A DNA stretch of 63,515 nt, the filler included, from Intoshia linei (taxonomy: Eukaryota; Animalia; Orthonectida): the NCBI GenBank assembly GCA_001642005.1. It is 4 parts of 4 records of this genome, joined end to end, with 100 filler letters (N's around TTAATTAATTAA, not from the genome) between each part and the next. Parts side by side here need not be neighbours in the genome. Positions count along the whole stretch, not along the records: positions 57,556 to 63,515 come from LWCA01001724.1; 3 more parts are not named here. One strand, written 5' to 3'. Each line of letters opens with the position of its first letter. Position 1 is the stretch's first letter. The notes beneath the pieces are model-generated. The model saw nothing but the letters and a program-made list of their open reading frames with translations. It was not told the origin of the DNA and made no database searches. Shown here one piece after another: positions 57,456-63,515 of this stretch. The translations under genes were made by a program, and so were the position numbers.

Positions 57456-59060
57456 NNNNNNNNNNNNNNNNNNNNNNNNNNNNNNNNNNNNNNNNNNNNT
57501 TAATTAATTAANNNNNNNNNNNNNNNNNNNNNNNNNNNNNNNNNNNNNNNNNNNNCATTTGATTTCGATATCTATTTATTTCGATACTTATTTATGTAAT
57601 GAAATTTTTATTTTTTTTTAGATAAGACTTATCAAAAATACTAAAATTATTTACCAATTGAAATTAAAAGTGGTTATTTACAATTGTTCAAATTTTAATT
57701 CAAATGAAAATTTTTTTTATTTGAGATACATAAATCTAAATTTCAATCTCATACATTGATTTTTTCGGTTTTTATATCATTTTCACCAAATTGATGATAA
57801 CTGAAATATAATTTTTTAATAATCATTTTGAAGTTTGATTTAATTTTGGTAACATCACTAATTACTATTTATATTATTAAAAACATACTCCTCTTTTAAT
57901 TTTAATAAGGTATCTTCATTTTTTTTGTCAAATATTCCATCTTTCGTCCATTTAAATATCTTAAAATTTTTAATATTATTTCGATATCATTGTTTGTTAA
58001 AAAGTGACTTATAATATGATTTATTATAATCAAAAATACCGGAAGCTTCAAAGACTTGAGATGGGCATGATTCAATACAGAAATTTCGTCTTCTAGTTTA
58101 GTCCAATTAGTTAAAAATGTGACGATTTTAGTTAAAGCGCATGCACTACATGTAAAATTTATTATGGACAAACATGTTAAATATGATTAGAATTTTGAGC
58201 GATTCATTGGTGACTTTTTTATATCAGATATTATGTTAAAATTCATCATAATTAAATACTGAGTTAAATTTTGCATTAGGACATGTCAAATGAACATTGT
58301 TCATAGTAATGACTTTATAAAGTGTATAAAATGGAGTATACAATGTATACATGAATAATAAAATATGAATCATTATAATATTACATAATAATACCCTATG
58401 AATTTATCAAATTCAAGATAAAAAGTGTCTCTGTAAACATTTAGTCCCACTAAACGTAGAAAGGCGTTATATTCAGTCGTTTGCCAAGATTTAATCAATA
58501 TCTTGTTTACATTTTTCAACCCATTAAATAATTTGTATCGATTATCAATAATAATTTTTATCTAAACGTTTACATATACACTTATATACAAATACTATAC
58601 ATTTACACTAGGCAGAGCCGAACCTACAAAGCTCGACTCCACCGAAAATGAAAAATGATGCAGAAAGATTGAAGTGTCAAAAATGATACAATCTCTAGTC
58701 ATTTATCCAAGGCTTGTGGTTTGAATTTTAAATTTAACACACAAAATAGTTATGATATTCAAGAATATATTTTTTTAATGCTCAATTTGGAAAAATAAAC
58801 CCCTATTTTACACAAATTTCGTCGAATATCTGATTGTTACCGTATAAATAAATAATGTATAAGTAATAATGAACTGAACTAACAAGTTAATTTATTTACA
58901 TATTGTTAATCATGATCAAATTAAAAATATGATAAGATTTAGTAACAAACAAAGCCAAAGTTTTTTAAATGTTGAACTTTTCAAGTTACAGTTAAAATTT
59001 AACTGTTATATACTACTAATGTACAAAACTATCTCATTTTATCATTTTAACTATATTTAA

Positions 59061-59339
59061 ATGTGTATGATTTCAATATTTGTATGTGCAATTATCAAAT
59101 TATGCATATTTGTAAAATCTTATCAGATCAGTGTTGATAATGTTTGGATTAGCCAATTTGAAAATGTTTCTATTAAATCTTCTTTTATTTCAATTGATGT
59201 AAATTTGGATGGCTATCTGGATGTAGTTATTAGATCAGCAACTGGTGAATATAATATGAGCCTATAGCTAATATTTTTAGAAATGGATAAAAGATTTATA
59301 CCGCAACACGTTTGTGAAAAACTGTATCAAAGAGAAAAA
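59061..59339 (+). CDS. FAM234/FG-GAP-like secreted protein, first two exons only
   Basis: Signal peptide, then WISQFENVSIKSSFISIDVNLDGYLDVVIRSAT-EMDKRFIPQHVCEKLY with a DxNxDGxxD loop; no further exons found. Confidence 0.55.
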
Positions 59340-60759
59340 GTTTATACATATCAAAACAACTATTTTTTTCAAGTTTAAGCTACTAATGATATGCGTCATA
59401 TCCTACGAATTTATAAAAATTTTTTATTTGATAAGTAATTCACTGTCAAAAAAATTTCAAAACCATTGATTTCAAATATTAACTAGAACTTATCTTGTTA
59501 ATATCAAAAACAAGTGCTTTATTTATTAACCGTTTTACAATAGATAAGATTTTCGTCTTCATTATTTTGTGATTATTCGATCCTAGAAATTAAAAATAAA
59601 ATATTTTTTTGTATGGTTTATCCATTGAGTAAGATTTATTTTTTTAAATTAACTTCCGAATAATACAACTAGAATTTGATATAATTTGCACGTAATTTTA
59701 CAAAAATGATAATTAACATTATCATAAATGGAAACATACAAAAATAATTTTCACGATCAAAACCCACATTACCATTTTTTTCAAAATAAAAACAGCCCTA
59801 GAATTTAAAAAAAAGTGTTGGATTGACGAATGAATTAATAAAAAATATATTATATTCAGATAATTATAATTATGAAATCAAAGTATTTATTTAATATGTT
59901 TTTAATAATTTTCATAATAGGTAATTTCACAGGCACGTAAGAAACACGAATTATCAAGATTCCGCCACAATAAAATATATCAAAAGTATAGAAAAGAAAA
60001 ACACTTAGGGCGTTCGCTAAACTAAACCATTCTTTAATTTAATATTTTTTATACTTTTAACTGTACATAATTGCATATTATAATTAATATTATAATAAAA
60101 CTGTTTTAATAAATGTATTATTAACCGTATTTGTAAATAATAAATTTTATTCACATTATAAATAACAGAATATTGTACCAATAGTTATAAAAAAATTTAT
60201 AAAAAACATTCGGACTACTGATATTAAAGGTGCAAATTTGCACTTTTTTAAGAAAATACAAAATTACACTTCCGTACGATAAAGAGAGGGTTAAATTCTA
60301 TACAATCTAAATAAATAATGCAAAAATAATTTAAAAAACTCTCGATCAAAGCACTTCAAAATTAAAATAATTGAACAATATGATATTATTTCATATAGTA
60401 AATTTAAGTTATGAATGAACCTCATAACAATTAACTATTAATTTTTAAGAAATTGGTTATATTAAAGTTTTTCATCAAAATCAAAATTATTATTATTTCA
60501 GCATTTATGCGTCGGTAAAGTGTTCAATTGCGCATCTTTTAAACTATTCATAATAAAATAGGTAAATATAACTAATATAAAATTAATTTTTAAAAAGATA
60601 ATACAGTGCACCCCTCTGAATACGAACTTTAGTAATTAGCGACTTATTAATCAATCTCTACAAATAAATGCGATCATAAAGTTATATACACATTTAATAT
60701 ACACAAAAGTTTAGTTTTGCATGTGACTGCTTTGATTTATAATAGGAAAAGCTTATAGG

Positions 60760-61365
60760 CACCGGGAAATCGGTACTGTGGAACGGCTGAATAGAATTTA
60801 TCGCGAAAAACTAAGAACCAGAAGTCAAGAAGATTTTGATAACTGGGATGAAGATTTGAAAAAAAAAATTGAATTTCACAATCGTAATTACGTGGATCGA
60901 ATGAAACATCACTACGATAAACGTGTCCAGAAGAGTAAAAGTTACCACACTGACAATTATATTTCTAACAAACCAATCAAATCAAAGGAACAAAAATTAT
61001 ACAAACCACGAAGCGATCAAAACAGGGTTCGTAAGCCTCCACCACATCTCTCAAATTCTGATACAACAATTAACCAGGTTCGTTCTAACAAACCAACCGA
61101 TAATGCGTACATTTTAATGCAAACAAATATCAATAATTATATTTTTTACTACCATTGACATAATAAAAAAATTAAAGTCATTTGATTGTAACATGGAACC
61201 AGGTTTAAACGAGCAGTGTCAAATGCACTACGAATATATACTCGACTTTTGTCTTAGCGAAAATATCCGCCTGTCCGATAATCCTCACATATATGAAAAA
61301 AAATTTTTCGCCCACATTTCTCATATGTAGGGAGGTGTAGTAAATATTTATGGATATTTACTACA
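60760..61365 (+). mobile_element. Gypsy integrase 3' relic related to 25243-26419, with PPT and palindromic terminus
   Basis: VERLNRIYREKLR...NWDEDL...MKHHYDKRV...RVRKPPPHL; agggagg followed by TGTAGTAAATAT-6nt-ATATTTACTACA. Confidence 0.8.
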
Positions 61366-61514
61366 TATACTACTACATAACAGTCACCTATTTTAAATAT
61401 AATAAAATTATATTAAAGTTAACATTTTAAGATATTCAAAAGTATTATGTTAATTAAATAATCTATTTGCTTTTCCACCACCCTGTTAAATAGTTAAAAT
61501 ATAAAATCTGTTAC

Positions 61515-61610
61515 CTGTACATCCATTACCATAATATTTTCTTGATAATTCCAAATCACATTTAGCACATACAAGAAGCTGATTATCTTCATAATCTTTA
61601 CAATTTTTAA
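61515..61610 (-). other. Orphan 96-bp phase 1-1 cysteine-rich exon
   Basis: ttag|..KNCKDYEDNQLLVCAKCDLELSRKYYGNGCT|gtaac; open frame and canonical splice sites. Confidence 0.55.
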
Positions 61611-62215
61611 CTAAATGAAAAAAGATAATGTAATTTACATACATAATTTTTATAATAAATGTAACTTTTTAGGCTATCAAAACATTTTTCATAATTAATT
61701 TTATATTTTGTTAATAATGAATTTATACATATCAAAACAACTATTTTTTTAATTTTAGCCTACTAATCATATGCATCATATCCTACGAAGTTATAAGAAT
61801 TTTTTTATTTTACAAGTGGTTCACTGTCAACAAAATTTTAAAACCATTGATCTCAAATATTAGCTAGAACTTATCTTGTTAATATCAGGAACAAGTGCTT
61901 TATTTATTAACCGTTTTACAATAGATGAGATTTTCGTCTTTATTATTTTGCTATTATTCGATCCTGGAAATTGAAAATGAATAATGAAAAAATATAATGA
62001 CAAAAATGATAATAACAAAGTTGTATTACTTTTAGTAGTCGTTGTTATAGTTTTAAGTTAAATTATGTCATGCTTAAAAGAACATTAATCATATAAAAGT
62101 ATTGCTAAATTACCTATATTGTGAATAGAAATAAGTTAATAATAAATAAAAACTGCTTTTAGTGAATAACTAAAAATTAATAAATTTATATACTACAATC
62201 ATGCATAAAATAAAA

Positions 62216-63457
62216 GTACAAAACGAAATGTTATATAACAAAATTAATTGTTGAAAATATAATTTAACTTTTGAAATTATTATTTTAACTTTATTAACTT
62301 AATCAAATTTTAATTAGCCAATTAATACACGTAAAATTATTATCATTTTTATTGTAATTTGATGCGTATGAATATATTAAAATTTGCCCTAATTAAAAAA
62401 TAATCGCCCTAATTATAAGTAAATAATTTAAAAAAAGTAGCATTTATTTGACAAATAAATTCAGTGTAAAGCAAAAATAAAAAAAATTGGTATGTGGTTG
62501 CACAGTTGAGTTTTTTTTTGATTAATTAATAAGTAGGTTGGATTTTTTGATGATACGTGGACAACTCTGCGTGAAACACCTAAATATTAAATTATTACTA
62601 ACCTAAATTAAAATATGACTATATAAGCTATTCAAAGACACGGGGGAGGTGCTGCTATACTCGCCATACTCGCCTGATTTGGCATTGCCAGTAACGATTG
62701 CATAATTAAAACACGGCAAGAACTTAGTTGCCAACCCAATATAAGTTAAAATGATTGCTATAAATGTATGACTTTTTATTTATTTTTTCCAGTTTTTACG
62801 GAATATAAAGGCGTAACTTTTTAAAAATACCATTTTCTAATACTAATATTTTGTCGACTAAATTCTCAGATAATTAAATAAATTAAATTATCCGTTATAA
62901 TACGATTTAATTAGTGGATTCAATATATCAAATATTACACTTTAGTTATAAATTGTGAAACTTGGGATGATAATAATATGTACTGTGCAACATGTAAAAA
63001 TAATCATCCATTAATAATTGAAGAAAACGGAAAGGCAAATTGCCCAGGTTAGTAGTAATTTGATATTTAGGTGTTTCACGCAGAGTTGTCAACGTATCAT
63101 CAAAAAATTTAACCTACTTATTAATTTATCAGGAAAAAACTCAACTGTGCAACAACATATCAATTTTTTTTATTTTTGCTTTACAATGATTTCATTTGTC
63201 AAATGAATGCTACCTTTTTTAAATTAGTTATTTATAATTAGGGCGATTATGTTTTAATTAGGGCAAATTTTGATATGTTTATACGCATTAAATTACAATA
63301 AAAATGATAATAATTTTACGTGTATTAATTGGCTAATTAAAATTGTATTAAGTTAATAAATTTAAAATAATAATTTCAAAAGTTAAATTATAGTTAAAGT
63401 TAAACTATATTTTCAACAATTAATTTTGTTTTATACAATTTCGTTTTGTTTTGTACT
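62216..63457. mobile_element. Foldback element with ~390-bp TIRs enclosing a mariner transposase relic
   Basis: 62216-62604 is the reverse complement of 63046-63457; the interior encodes EVLLYSPYSPDLAL (mariner YSPDLAP motif). Confidence 0.85.
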
Positions 63458-63515
63458 TACATAAAACATTTTTACTATAAGTAACAATAGAGTCTAGATT
63501 TTTCAGATCATTTAG

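Larger units (their letters stand above)
59345..61972. repeat. ~250-bp direct repeats at 59345-59592 and 61725-61972
   Basis: atacatatcaaaacaactatt...ctagaacttatcttgttaatatc...ttattcgatcct present in both. Confidence 0.9.

Overview
Very AT-rich, intron-rich animal genomic scaffold, not prokaryotic. It contains a netrin, and introns fall into two classes: about 30-45 nt and TE-expanded. This profile fits a reduced parasitic invertebrate such as an orthonectid, which is inference only. Genes were reconstructed by hand across GT-AG introns: PYM1, TMEM272-like, the 3' half of DJ-1/PARK7, an arylsulfatase B/I/J-like gene whose 6-kb intron holds an antisense SNRNP40 and a possible GPCR relic, netrin (LN + 3 LE, NTR not found), a J-domain-only DnaJ, PAIP1-like, CCDC177-like, RABL2 head-to-head with IQCB1/NPHP5, the 3' part of TMEM245, and a FAM234-like 5' fragment. 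Introns and intergenic DNA carry a non-autonomous Helitron-like family, hAT and pogo MITEs (often nested), and Gypsy, Tc1/mariner and hAT relics. There are three 100-nt scaffold gaps and several single-N joins. Most unusual signals: (i) two elements built from two outward-facing Helitron 3' ends with the same asymmetric end pair; (ii) Gypsy relics ending in 24-30 bp palindromic micro-LTRs; (iii) co-oriented genes 100-185 bp apart with TCAGTY/TTTCAG motifs before the ATG (operon/trans-splicing versus ultra-compact promoters); (iv) nested genes in the sulfatase intron. All family calls rest on motif recognition; no searches were run.
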